64,000 nucleotides of DNA from an uncultured delta proteobacterium (GTDB taxonomy: Bacteria; Myxococcota_A; Polyangia; Polyangiales; B10-G4): the NCBI GenBank assembly GCA_963727445.1, contig CAVSGI010000010.1, forward strand, positions 1,504,001 through 1,568,000, in the 5' to 3' direction. A model generated the notes under the pieces. That model had not been told where the DNA came from. It made no database searches and worked only from the letters and a program-made list of their open reading frames with translations. Below, one piece after another: positions 38,507 through 47,875 of this stretch; position 1 is the first letter of the stretch; each line of letters begins with the position of its first letter. Made by a program: the position numbers and the translations under genes.

Positions 38507-39076
38507 CTAGAGCACGAAGCCCACGAACACGCCTCCGCCGAAAGGGTTGGTGTTGCCGGAGAAGCTGCCGTGCAGGGTCAGCTCGGCGCCGATCTCGAGG
38601 TGGTTGTCGGGTGGGAAGTGGAAGACGAGGCGCTGGCCCAGCTCCCAATTGCCGTCGACCTGCAGGCCGCCGCCCGGATCGCCGAGCCACATGCCGAGGC
38701 CCCCGAAGGTGCGGAGCTCGAAGAGGTGGCTCGCGGCGATCCCCACGCCGAGCCGTAGACCCGCGCGCCCGACGTCGTTTGCAGGCGCGGCCAATCCGGC
38801 GGTACCAGAGCTCCCTTCCCAGCCGCCGACGGCCTCGGCGCGCAGGCGCACGCGGTTGCCGAACGCGACCTCGAGCCCGCCGCCGGCGAGCACCGTCCCC
38901 TGCCAGGCGTACGGCCCGGCGAAGGTCCCGCCCAGCACCCACGCCCCGAAGCGGAGCTCCCGGTCGCGGTGGGGAGTGGACTCGACGCCCTGCGCCGTCG
39001 ACTCCTGAGCAAGCGCCGGGCGCGCCGACGACGCGAACGTCAATCCGGCGAGGAGAAGCACGAAGCCGCGACGCAT
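38507..39076 (-). CDS. Exported protein, probable small outer-membrane beta-barrel
   Basis: ALA signal; Gly/aromatic alternating strands ending GVFVGFVL. Confidence 0.65.
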   Translation of the reverse strand: MRRGFVLLLAGLTFASSARPALAQESTAQGVESTPHRDRELRFGAWVLGGTFAGPYAWQGTVLAGGGLEVAFGNRVRLRAEAVGGWEGSSGTAGLAAPANDVGRAGLRLGVGIAASHLFELRTFGGLGMWLGDPGGGLQVDGNWELGQRLVFHFPPDNHLEIGAELTLHGSFSGNTNPFGGGVFVGFVL

Positions 39077-39182
39077 GGCGCGGGCTTAGCGCAGCCGGTC
39101 ACTGGCGCGCAAGCGTTCGCTCGACACGACCTCCCTTGCCGTCGCCGACGCCGAGCGCACGGTCCCGTGATAACGTCCACGG

Positions 39183-39671
39183 ATGACGCGGGGGGAGCTG
39201 CTCGTCGGCTTTGCGGACTCGGGGATCGCGATCTGTAGCTACGGTCCGGTGGTGATCACGGTGCTCAGAGAGCCGAGCACCATCGCGCGGTTCAGCGAGC
39301 TCCGGCGTTGCCTCACGCGCCTGAGAGCCGACTGGCCTGGTGGAACGTTCTCTCTGACGGTGCTCGAACGGGGGTCGGTCGTGGTGGCCGTGCCCGCCGA
39401 CATCCGACAAGAATCGACGGCCATCGCCCGTGACTTCCCGAGCCTGGGCTCGACGATCGTCGTCGAAGCCGACGGCTTCGCCGGCGCGACGCTCCGCGCG
39501 TTCCTCTCAGGTCTCTTCCTCATCTCCGGCAACCGCAGCCAGATCCACGGATCGGTGGACGAAGCGGCGGAGTGGCTCGCCAAGCGCATTTCCCAGACGC
39601 CGAACTACGAGCCGGTCGCTGCGCAGGGCCTACGCGGAGCGGTAGGCTCCGCCCGCGACGCGATACGCTGA
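39183..39671 (+). CDS. Hypothetical protein (STAS/SpoIIAA-like myxobacterial family)
   Basis: IVVEADGFAGATLRAFL...SVDEAAEWL pattern. Confidence 0.6.
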   Translation: MTRGELLVGFADSGIAICSYGPVVITVLREPSTIARFSELRRCLTRLRADWPGGTFSLTVLERGSVVVAVPADIRQESTAIARDFPSLGSTIVVEADGFAGATLRAFLSGLFLISGNRSQIHGSVDEAAEWLAKRISQTPNYEPVAAQGLRGAVGSARDAIR

Positions 39672-39760
39672 CGCGGGCAGAGGGTGCAGCCTGGTGATGG
39701 TGATGGCGCGATCATCCACCGCCGGGAGTCGCTCCTGCCGACGGACGCCGCCTGCAGATC

Positions 39761-40978
39761 TCATCGGAGCAATGCCCAGATGCTGGTGGCCACGCCAGTG
39801 ACGAGCCCGAGCCCCGCCAGCCCGAGGAGCACCGTGTAAGCTTTGGGGTGGTGGTCGATCCAGTGCTCGAGCGCGGAGAGGAACCGCTTCGTAGCTGTGA
39901 CGTGGCATTGGGGCTTGGCTGTACCGGCGCGGACGCGGCGGAGCTCCTCGAGCATCTCACCGGCGTCGGCGTAGCGCTCGTCAGGGTCGCGTTTCAACGC
40001 TCGCGCGGCGAACCATAGAACGTCCATCGGCGCGCCTGCATCGACGAACATGTCGTGCAATTTGCCCCGACCGTCGAACTCGTGCTGGAGAAGCGTCGCA
40101 ATGATCGCCGCCACGTTCTTCAGGTGCTCGAGGGGATGATGAAGTGTGAAGAGCTCCACGATCAGTATGCCGATGGCGAATACGTCGGTCCGTGCGTCGA
40201 GCTCGGCGTTCTTTCCAGCCGCTTGTTCGGGGGACATGTAGAGCGGCGTTCCCAGGATCGAGCCCGCCGCCGTTTCGACGAGCCGCCCCTGGTGGGCGCC
40301 AGTGTCCGCCAGGTCGTCGGCCGGGTCTTCCGCGCCGATCGGCTTGGCGATCCCCCAGTCCATCAGCGTCACCTCGCCGTGATTGCCCACCATCACGTTG
40401 GCGGGCTTGAGGTCTCGGTGGATGAAACCTCGTTCGTGTGCGTAGGCGAGCGCTTCGAGGATCTTGGCGATGAGGTCGAGGCGCTCTACGAAGCCGTACC
40501 GTCCGAGGGTGTGGGGATCACCCGCACGCAGTCGATCGATCAACACCTCGAGCGTGTCGCCGTCGACGTACTTCATGACCAGGTAATGCTTACCGGCTTC
40601 ATCGACGCCGACGTCGTGCACCGGGACGATGCCCGGGTGTTCGAGTTGCCCGATGGTACGAACCTCGTCAGCAAATCGCAGGAGCATCGGGACCGAGATC
40701 GCATCCTCGCGGATGCGTTTGATCGCGACCTTGCGCTGAATGTCCTCGTCGACCGCCAGCACCACCTCGCCGAGGCCGCCCTGACCGAGCGGGCGGACCT
40801 GCCGGAACCTCCGCCGGCGACCCGACGGCGCGGCTCCCGGCCCCCCGCGAACGGGGAGGACCGTCGTGTGCATGCCCAACGATTGAACGGGAGCGTCCCC
40901 TTCGACGCTGGTCGTCGTGCCCAGGAGCGCGTCGAAGGTCTTGGCGACATCGTCCGACGTCGTCGAGGCCATGACCAT
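39761..40978 (-). CDS. Ser/Thr protein kinase with C-terminal TM
   Basis: LGQGGLGEV, VAIK, HRDLKPAN, DWGIAK, GTPLYMSPEQ. Confidence 0.92.
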   Translation of the reverse strand: MVMASTTSDDVAKTFDALLGTTTSVEGDAPVQSLGMHTTVLPVRGGPGAAPSGRRRRFRQVRPLGQGGLGEVVLAVDEDIQRKVAIKRIREDAISVPMLLRFADEVRTIGQLEHPGIVPVHDVGVDEAGKHYLVMKYVDGDTLEVLIDRLRAGDPHTLGRYGFVERLDLIAKILEALAYAHERGFIHRDLKPANVMVGNHGEVTLMDWGIAKPIGAEDPADDLADTGAHQGRLVETAAGSILGTPLYMSPEQAAGKNAELDARTDVFAIGILIVELFTLHHPLEHLKNVAAIIATLLQHEFDGRGKLHDMFVDAGAPMDVLWFAARALKRDPDERYADAGEMLEELRRVRAGTAKPQCHVTATKRFLSALEHWIDHHPKAYTVLLGLAGLGLVTGVATSIWALLR

Positions 40979-41030
40979 GAGGGTGCCTCGCTCGCGACGA
41001 CCTGTCGAGACGCGTCGAGTGGTCGTCCGC

Positions 41031-42473
41031 TCAGAAGAGCGCGCAGAGGCTCATTTCGATCGCGTCACCGTCGGTGAGCGGCCCCATCAGATCGACTCCC
41101 GCGATCGGTGACGTTCGAAGGTAGTCAGCCGTCGTCGCGGGAAGCGTCGCCGGCATGACCAGAAGCACCGGAATGCCCCGGGCGCCGACGGAGAGCGCCA
41201 GCAGGCGGTGAGTCGTGTTCACGACACCCGCGCGAGTGCCGTCCGGCACCATGTCGCTGGCAATCGCGACGGCTTCCGCGTAGTCGTCTGCGTTCGCGTA
41301 TCGGACGAAGGGGATCCCCAGCGTGCCGAGGACGGAATCGGACAGGCGGGTCGAATCGCCGATCACGTCCGCCCCCGTGATCGACGAATGGCTCGACAGC
41401 CACATCGCGGTTTCCGAGGGAACGCTGCCGCCGTTGACGTAGAGCACCGGGCGCCGCCGCGCGGCCGCGGCTGCCACCGCGACGGCGGAGTCCTTCAACG
41501 CCTCGTCGCTGGGACGAAGGATCAAGACCCTGCCATCGCCCACTCCGATCTGGTTGGCGATGCGCCGTGCGGTATCGGCCCACCCGCCGCCTCCGATCCG
41601 CGTGACGGTCCAGCCGTGAAGCCCGGCGATGGCGGACTCCAGCGCGGGAGTCAGGTCGCTGTCGCCACCGACGAGGAAGACCTCCGTGACGCTCCCGGTG
41701 TTGGCCAGGAGGTAATCGCGAACGTCGGTGCGCAGCATTCCACCGGCGGTGAGGATGAGCGGCGCGTTCTTGGCGTGAGCGAGTCCGGGCGCCAGGTTGG
41801 CTGCCTGCGACAGGTAGCCGAGCGCCGCATCTCCCTGGGCGGACGCCAGCACGACCGCGGGGGGGGACGTGAAGTGGCGCTCGGCGTAGCGGATCGAGGC
41901 CCCGATGCCGATCTCCGAGACACGGATGTAATCGACGACGCCGGGACATGGATAGGTCGGCATGGACGTATCGGGTGCGGCGTCGACGGCCGAGTCCACC
42001 ACAGGCGCCGTGTCGACGGCAGCATCCGTCGAGCAGGTACCCATGCACGGCGGCGTCACGCACGCGCCCTCGTCACAGTCGGTCGCGGTGGGGTCGTCGT
42101 CCGGTGGGCACATGACGCCGAGACACGCGCTGGAGAAGGTGTAGAACAGGGCTTGGTTCGCGCGCAGGTCGACGATGCCTTCTCGACGGACGTTCCCGGA
42201 CGGGCCTCGGCCGATGACCTCGATGTCGTAATGCCCGCTCGGAACGTTCAGGAACTCGGCCACGCGCACGGCCTCTGTGAGCGGCGCGCCGGCGCCGATC
42301 GGGGTGACCGTCGTGCGCACCATCGCGCCACCTCGACGCAGCGTCACCCCCACCTCGGTGATGTCCACCCCCGGCACGAGATTACTGCGCACGTCGACGG
42401 TGAGGGCGTAGCTCTCGCCTTCACAGGCACAGAGCAGCCCGAAGAGCGCGATCGCAAATGGCCGACGTCGCAT
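41031..42473 (-). CDS. Lipoprotein with cell-wall-binding repeat 2 (CWB2)-like domains
   Basis: LCAC lipobox; APLILT...VRDYL...VFLVGG...VTRIGG...DTARRIA; PVLYV...VP.ET..WL; PVLLV...LP..TADYL. Confidence 0.75.
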   Translation of the reverse strand: MRRRPFAIALFGLLCACEGESYALTVDVRSNLVPGVDITEVGVTLRRGGAMVRTTVTPIGAGAPLTEAVRVAEFLNVPSGHYDIEVIGRGPSGNVRREGIVDLRANQALFYTFSSACLGVMCPPDDDPTATDCDEGACVTPPCMGTCSTDAAVDTAPVVDSAVDAAPDTSMPTYPCPGVVDYIRVSEIGIGASIRYAERHFTSPPAVVLASAQGDAALGYLSQAANLAPGLAHAKNAPLILTAGGMLRTDVRDYLLANTGSVTEVFLVGGDSDLTPALESAIAGLHGWTVTRIGGGGWADTARRIANQIGVGDGRVLILRPSDEALKDSAVAVAAAAARRRPVLYVNGGSVPSETAMWLSSHSSITGADVIGDSTRLSDSVLGTLGIPFVRYANADDYAEAVAIASDMVPDGTRAGVVNTTHRLLALSVGARGIPVLLVMPATLPATTADYLRTSPIAGVDLMGPLTDGDAIEMSLCALF

Positions 42474-42539
42474 CGGGGTATTGTATCATCGGCGTCACGG
42501 CTCACCGGGCCGGACGCCAATGCCTGGGGAGGGGGATAG

Positions 42540-43049
42540 ATGAAGGCGACCTTCACGAGTGCCGTCGCGAGGGGCGAGCTCGAATACCGCTGTGACGCGT
42601 GCGGATATGCCGCGACCGCGATCGTCACCGCCATGGGCGAAGGTGGTCAGTCGAGCCTCAACCGCCCTGGGACCGCCGGCGAGCGAGCGCGGCAAAACGC
42701 GGTGGCGAACCTCGAACGCAATCTCGCGATCGCCTCCTGTCCGAAGTGTGGCCATCACGATCAGGTCGCTGTGACCTTCTGGTGGATACGGCGCCTCCTT
42801 CCCGTCGTTCTGGTGACGGCGACCATCGTCCTCATGGGATGGGCGCCCGCGTTCGTCGACATGAACATGAAGGAGTCGGACGTATCGACCGCCGGCTGGA
42901 TCACGACATTCATCGCTCTCCTCATTGCCATCCCGATGGTGATCACTCACGTGATGATGGGGTGGTCCAGGGCGATCCGCTCTGTGAGGTTCGAAGGAGG
43001 CGGGGCACAAGAGAGCGGGACCACCGGCCTTCGCAATCCGGAGTCGTGA
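42540..43049 (+). CDS. Hypothetical membrane protein with zinc ribbon
   Basis: CDACG and CPKCG; two TM helices; GGAGGGG RBS. Confidence 0.7.
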   Translation: MKATFTSAVARGELEYRCDACGYAATAIVTAMGEGGQSSLNRPGTAGERARQNAVANLERNLAIASCPKCGHHDQVAVTFWWIRRLLPVVLVTATIVLMGWAPAFVDMNMKESDVSTAGWITTFIALLIAIPMVITHVMMGWSRAIRSVRFEGGGAQESGTTGLRNPES

Positions 43050-43055
43050 TTCAGC

Positions 43056-44558
43056 TCAAGGTCGTGGCATCGGGCAGCGAACGGCGTTGATCAGCGGCCA
43101 AGTCGAGGGATCGGTGAAGTCGTTTGCGGCGACGGTGCCCTCACGGGTGACGCCATCGTCCCAACCACCGCTCTCCACCCAGCCGAGGTCGTCGAAGGCC
43201 AGCGCACCGAACCCGCGGTCGGGCCCCGACACCCGCACGTCGTCGATCTCGGCAATCGCCCCCGCACCGAGGTCGACGACCAGTCCGACGGTGTCGTTGT
43301 CGCTGATCTCGAGGCCCGCCAGATGTACGTGCGCGGAGCTTCCGAGCAGGACTCCCGCACCGATCTCGACCGGCATCGTGCCGACGATCCGGGTGAGGTT
43401 GCGCGTCCCGCGGATCTCCGAGCTCGAGATGGAGATCGACGAGGCATCGCAAGCGCGCACGCCAGCAAAGTGATTGTCGAGGATGTGGGCGTCACTGATC
43501 TGGGCCTCGGCGCCTTCCTGTACCCACAGACCGGCGTTGGCGCTGCCCTCGAGCGTCAGCGCGTCGAGCTCGACAGACGAGCCGTCCACGAGGATCGCGT
43601 ACCCCTCGGAGCGCGTGACCGAGACGTCAGCGCCGACGAACCGACCGCCCCCGGCGACCACCAGGCCGTACGCCGGAATGAGCCGCGTGCCCTGAAGCGC
43701 GTGATCCGCGGTCAGGTCGCGCACGCAGGTGTGACCGCCCACGACGCGCACGTTTGTGGGGAGCACCTCACGGATCTCGGTGGCGCGAAGCGTGAGATTC
43801 GTGTTCATGGCGTGCAGGCCCGCCTCCGCGAAGCCCCGAATCGAGGTCCCGTAGGCCATCGCTTCGCGGACCCCAGCGAGCGCGATGCCGATGGTCGCCG
43901 CGTCGTCGGGTGTCGGCTCCGAGGGCTGATCCTCCGCGTTGTCTGCCCGCACCGACCCCGTGACCTCCAGGTCGTGCATCGACAGGCGGTCGAGGTCGGT
44001 CGCGCCCAAGCCGATGCCGGTGTCCACGCGTATCGTCAGGTGTTCGGCGCGTGCTTCACCCGCCCCCTCGAAGCTCACGCCAGCGGCGCCGTTCGCCTCG
44101 GCGGCGAAGCAGCGGACGACGGTGGGCGTGTCGTTCGGTGTGACGACGACCGCGGGCCGACCCGCGGGCGCGACGATTACGGTCGCATCCGGACCCGACC
44201 CCGCGAGCGTGATCCCCGCAGGGACGGAGAACGACCCCGTGACGCGACAGTTGCCCACGCGAACGACGTCGCCCGTGTGTGCGTCTGCGAGCGCCCTTCG
44301 CAGGGCGGACGCGTCACAAATCCCGCCTCCGCCGGCGACGCAAGGTGGCGCGGGAGCGAGGAGCTCCGGACACTCGACGCCTTCGCCGGGGGCGGGCGGC
44401 ACGTCGTAGGAGTCCGGAACCGGAGGGCGCGGCCTCGGCGGCTCCATGCCGGCATCGGCGTCGGCCCGGGCATCGGTCTCGGTCGTGCCGTGGCTGCCGA
44501 AGCAGCCCATCCCGGCGAGCAGGAGAGAGGCGAATGCCAATGCGCGCCGCGCGGGCAT
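43056..44558 (-). CDS. Right-handed beta-helix lipoprotein
   Basis: GMGC lipobox; ALADA..GDVVRVG, ITLAGSG...TVI; repeated G..V strands; TACACT 6 nt before ATG 44558. Confidence 0.75.
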   Translation of the reverse strand: MPARRALAFASLLLAGMGCFGSHGTTETDARADADAGMEPPRPRPPVPDSYDVPPAPGEGVECPELLAPAPPCVAGGGGICDASALRRALADAHTGDVVRVGNCRVTGSFSVPAGITLAGSGPDATVIVAPAGRPAVVVTPNDTPTVVRCFAAEANGAAGVSFEGAGEARAEHLTIRVDTGIGLGATDLDRLSMHDLEVTGSVRADNAEDQPSEPTPDDAATIGIALAGVREAMAYGTSIRGFAEAGLHAMNTNLTLRATEIREVLPTNVRVVGGHTCVRDLTADHALQGTRLIPAYGLVVAGGGRFVGADVSVTRSEGYAILVDGSSVELDALTLEGSANAGLWVQEGAEAQISDAHILDNHFAGVRACDASSISISSSEIRGTRNLTRIVGTMPVEIGAGVLLGSSAHVHLAGLEISDNDTVGLVVDLGAGAIAEIDDVRVSGPDRGFGALAFDDLGWVESGGWDDGVTREGTVAANDFTDPSTWPLINAVRCPMPRP

Positions 44559-44581
44559 GCTCACAGTGTACGATGTCACCC

Positions 44582-46300
44582 ATGCGCGCCACGAACTTGG
44601 TTTGGGTCGTCTCGTCCGCGATCACGCTCAGCGCCTGCGGCGGATCGGACGGAATGAGTGACGCTGCCGGGGATGGGCCGGCTCCGGACAGCAGCGCGCC
44701 GAACGACGGTGGAGGCGGTCACGCCACGCTGCTTCCCCGCTGCGAGGACACCGAGGCAGACGGGACCGACATGCTCGATCACGTCCCGAGCACGTTGATC
44801 GGCTCCATCGTGCCGAACGTCATGCGCGTGGCGATGTCGAGTCCGCTGAACCCCGCCACGGAAGACGGCGAGATGCTCTATCGCTCGATGGGCTACGACC
44901 GCCTCTCGCGCGGACCTGGGATAGATCGCGTGCTGCGCACCGACCTCGGTGCCGAAGCCCCGCCCGACGTGGGACGACGTTCGCTCGTGTGGTTCATCCA
45001 GTACTCGGACTTCCAGTTCGTCGACGACGAGTCTCCGACTCGTCTGGCGTTGTTCGACAACCCGGTCGAGCAGGGTGCCATGCGCTCCCAGGAGGCCTAC
45101 CTCGGGCGAGCCATCAGCGCGATGAATCGCACCGTCACCCGCATCGAGGCGTCGGACCGGCCTTACGACTTCGGCATTCTCACCGGCGACTGCGCCGACA
45201 GCACTCAGTCGAACGAGCTCGAGTGGGTGCTCAGCGTCATGAACGGGACGCCGGGTCTCGAGACGGACTCCGGCGACGACGACGACCCCATCCCCGGCCC
45301 GGACAACGATCCGAAGGACCCGTTCGATCCGGTCGGCTTCCCCGCCCCATGGCTCTACGTCCCCGGCAACCACGACGTGCTCGTGGTCGGGATCAACGTG
45401 CCGGACGACCGCACCAGGGCCACCGTCCTCGGCACCGCCGCGGTGACCGGGACGCGCGATTACCGCCAATGGTACGCGCCGGTGACGACGAGGTCCGTGC
45501 CGGCGGACCCCGCTCGCCGTATCGTGGACCGCGACGAGATCGTGGCGCGGCTGCTCGCCGACGACGACGGTCCCGGTCCCGTCGGGCACGGTTACTCCGC
45601 TGGCACCGACACGACGAACGGGGCCAACTACGTCTACGATGCGATCCCCGGCCTGCTCCGTATCATCGCGATCGACACGAGCGATGACACCGGCGGAGCG
45701 AACGGGCTGGTGCATCGACCCACCGTCGACGACTTCCTCGTGCCCCAGCTCGACCAGGCCGAGGCGGACGGCATGCTGGTCATGATCGCCTCGCACCACT
45801 CGACCACCGAGATCGACGTCTACCGCGGCCAGCTCGGGACCGATGTCGTCGACGACGCGGTCCCGCCCGACGAGCTCGAGCAGATCGTGGCTGCGCACCC
45901 CGTAGCGATCGCCTGGATCATCGGTCACACGCACGATAATCGGGTGCGGGCGGTGCCCGGCGCCGACGCCGATCACCCTGGTTACTGGGAGATCATGACC
46001 TCCGCCATCGCCGACTATCCGGGGCAGGCGCGCGCGATCGAGATCGTCGACAACGGCAACGACACGCTCTCCATCTTCGGTACCCTCATCGACAACGACG
46101 CCGACGACTGCAGCGAGCGTCGCTACCGACGGCTGATGATCATGGAGTACGTCAGCGGTTGGTGGAAGGAGGTCAGCCACGACCCCAACGACCTGAACGT
46201 CGAGCTCGTCATACCGACGCCAGCAGCAGCGGCGGACGCGGTCACCGCGGCGACGGGACACGACCGCATCGAGAGCGAGACCACGCTGCGCGGCATGTGA
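44582..46300 (+). CDS. Calcineurin-like metallophosphoesterase lipoprotein (TIGR03767-like)
   Basis: LSAC lipobox; SDFQFVDDESP, TGDCADS...NEL, PGNHD, SHH, GHTH, YWEI.T....DYP.QAR. Confidence 0.85.
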   Translation: MRATNLVWVVSSAITLSACGGSDGMSDAAGDGPAPDSSAPNDGGGGHATLLPRCEDTEADGTDMLDHVPSTLIGSIVPNVMRVAMSSPLNPATEDGEMLYRSMGYDRLSRGPGIDRVLRTDLGAEAPPDVGRRSLVWFIQYSDFQFVDDESPTRLALFDNPVEQGAMRSQEAYLGRAISAMNRTVTRIEASDRPYDFGILTGDCADSTQSNELEWVLSVMNGTPGLETDSGDDDDPIPGPDNDPKDPFDPVGFPAPWLYVPGNHDVLVVGINVPDDRTRATVLGTAAVTGTRDYRQWYAPVTTRSVPADPARRIVDRDEIVARLLADDDGPGPVGHGYSAGTDTTNGANYVYDAIPGLLRIIAIDTSDDTGGANGLVHRPTVDDFLVPQLDQAEADGMLVMIASHHSTTEIDVYRGQLGTDVVDDAVPPDELEQIVAAHPVAIAWIIGHTHDNRVRAVPGADADHPGYWEIMTSAIADYPGQARAIEIVDNGNDTLSIFGTLIDNDADDCSERRYRRLMIMEYVSGWWKEVSHDPNDLNVELVIPTPAAAADAVTAATGHDRIESETTLRGM

Positions 46301-46336
46301 CCCGAGAAGCCGACGCCGGCGTGGACGGCGGCCAAC

Positions 46337-47692
46337 TCAGTTCTGGACCCGGATCGTTCGGGCGGCGTCATCGATCGTGAGAGCGCATCGGGCGGGCACC
46401 ATGGGGTGTGTGATCCTGTCGCAGACGGCCTTGCCGACGATGACTTCATCGGGGAAGTCGGCGCAGGTACCGGGAGGTTCGCGGGTCACGGTGTACGTGC
46501 GACGCTCCGCGCCGAGCGCGACCTCCTCCGGGACCGCGCGCTGAGCGTAGGCGTGGGCGAGCAGGCGTAGCGAAAGGTGGCGTTCGGCGGACTCGACCTC
46601 GCCCGACAGAGCTTCGCGCACCTCTTCTTCGGTGCAGGGGTCGTCCTCTCCGCAGCGCAGGACCTGCTCGCAGCGCAGCGCCGAGAGCTCCGTCGCGATC
46701 GCGTCGCAGTCGTGGCCGGTGAGAGCGTCCATCGCGGCGTCGAAGGCGGGCTCGGGCCGCCGGAAGTCCCCGACCTGCTCGACCAATCGGCCCTTCTCGA
46801 AGAGATCACAGGCGTGGGCCGCGGCGAGCTCCGGGTCGGTCTGCGCCGACAGGCGGAGCAACAGGGCGAGGTGAGGCGCGCACACCGCTTCGCCGCGAGA
46901 CGAGGCCACGTCTCCGTAGCGGTCGAGCGTCACGATCTCCCCGAGCCGACTCACGGCCACGCGACGGATCGCGGGATCGTCCTCGGGGAGCAGGCCGATG
47001 GCGCGGCAGGCGGCGAGATCGCGGCTGGCGTCTTCGTCGAGGGATGGGCGCATGCGTTCCGCGAGCCGAGCGCGCTCTGCATCGGGGAGCGCGGCGGCTT
47101 GCTCCTCCCAGTCCCAGAGGTTCACGCGTCGGCTCTCGAAGAGGAAGTTCGCCATGGGCTCGTCGCCGAGGCGCCCGATCTCGGACAAGAGCGCCTGCTG
47201 GTCGGCGGGGTTCTGCTCCGCCGCACACTCGGCGAAAGCCGAGAGCGACGCCGCGAAGTCGGTTGGCACCGCATCGAAGTCGGGGCGGTCGGCGTCGCCC
47301 GCGGCGTCGCCGCAGAGGCTGAAGGCCGTCTCCTCGGCGAGGTAGACGACATGCCAGGTTTCGCCAGGGGCACAGCGAAAGGCGAGGCGGGCGGTGGTGC
47401 CGTCCCCAGCGATCTCGGCCCCATCCTCGCTGCAGGGCGTGCTCACTCCGAGCGATTCATCCCCTCGCTCGATGGCGAGCCCCGAGTAACCCACGAAGCC
47501 CGGAAGCCGGCCGGAGCTCGTGAAGCGCGAGCCGGCGACGATGCGGGCGGCCAGAGGGCCTTCGTCGAAGCTCGCGATCTCCTCCTCGTGGTCGCAGGCC
47601 GAGCATCCGCCCAGCGCCGCGAAGAGGACCACCAGGCTGCGCGAGGCCCACCGCGAGATCCCAACCCGATGCGCTCGTGTCGCGCGATTCAT
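46337..47692 (-). CDS. Hypothetical Cys-containing lipoprotein
   Basis: LGGC lipobox; long ORF with natural composition. Confidence 0.7.
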   Translation of the reverse strand: MNRATRAHRVGISRWASRSLVVLFAALGGCSACDHEEEIASFDEGPLAARIVAGSRFTSSGRLPGFVGYSGLAIERGDESLGVSTPCSEDGAEIAGDGTTARLAFRCAPGETWHVVYLAEETAFSLCGDAAGDADRPDFDAVPTDFAASLSAFAECAAEQNPADQQALLSEIGRLGDEPMANFLFESRRVNLWDWEEQAAALPDAERARLAERMRPSLDEDASRDLAACRAIGLLPEDDPAIRRVAVSRLGEIVTLDRYGDVASSRGEAVCAPHLALLLRLSAQTDPELAAAHACDLFEKGRLVEQVGDFRRPEPAFDAAMDALTGHDCDAIATELSALRCEQVLRCGEDDPCTEEEVREALSGEVESAERHLSLRLLAHAYAQRAVPEEVALGAERRTYTVTREPPGTCADFPDEVIVGKAVCDRITHPMVPARCALTIDDAARTIRVQN

Positions 47693-47875
47693 CGGCGCGA
47701 CCGCCCGACGATCGCGTGCATGACGACGAGGGAATGACAAAGGCAACTCTCGAAGACCACTCTACCGTCGGGTTTCACGAACCGGTAGCTCGTTCCCACC
47801 ACGGCCGAGCTCGCCTCTCCCACCCGGACATAGCCCCGCTCGACGAGCGATCGTCCAGCACGTAGCCTTCTCTGG

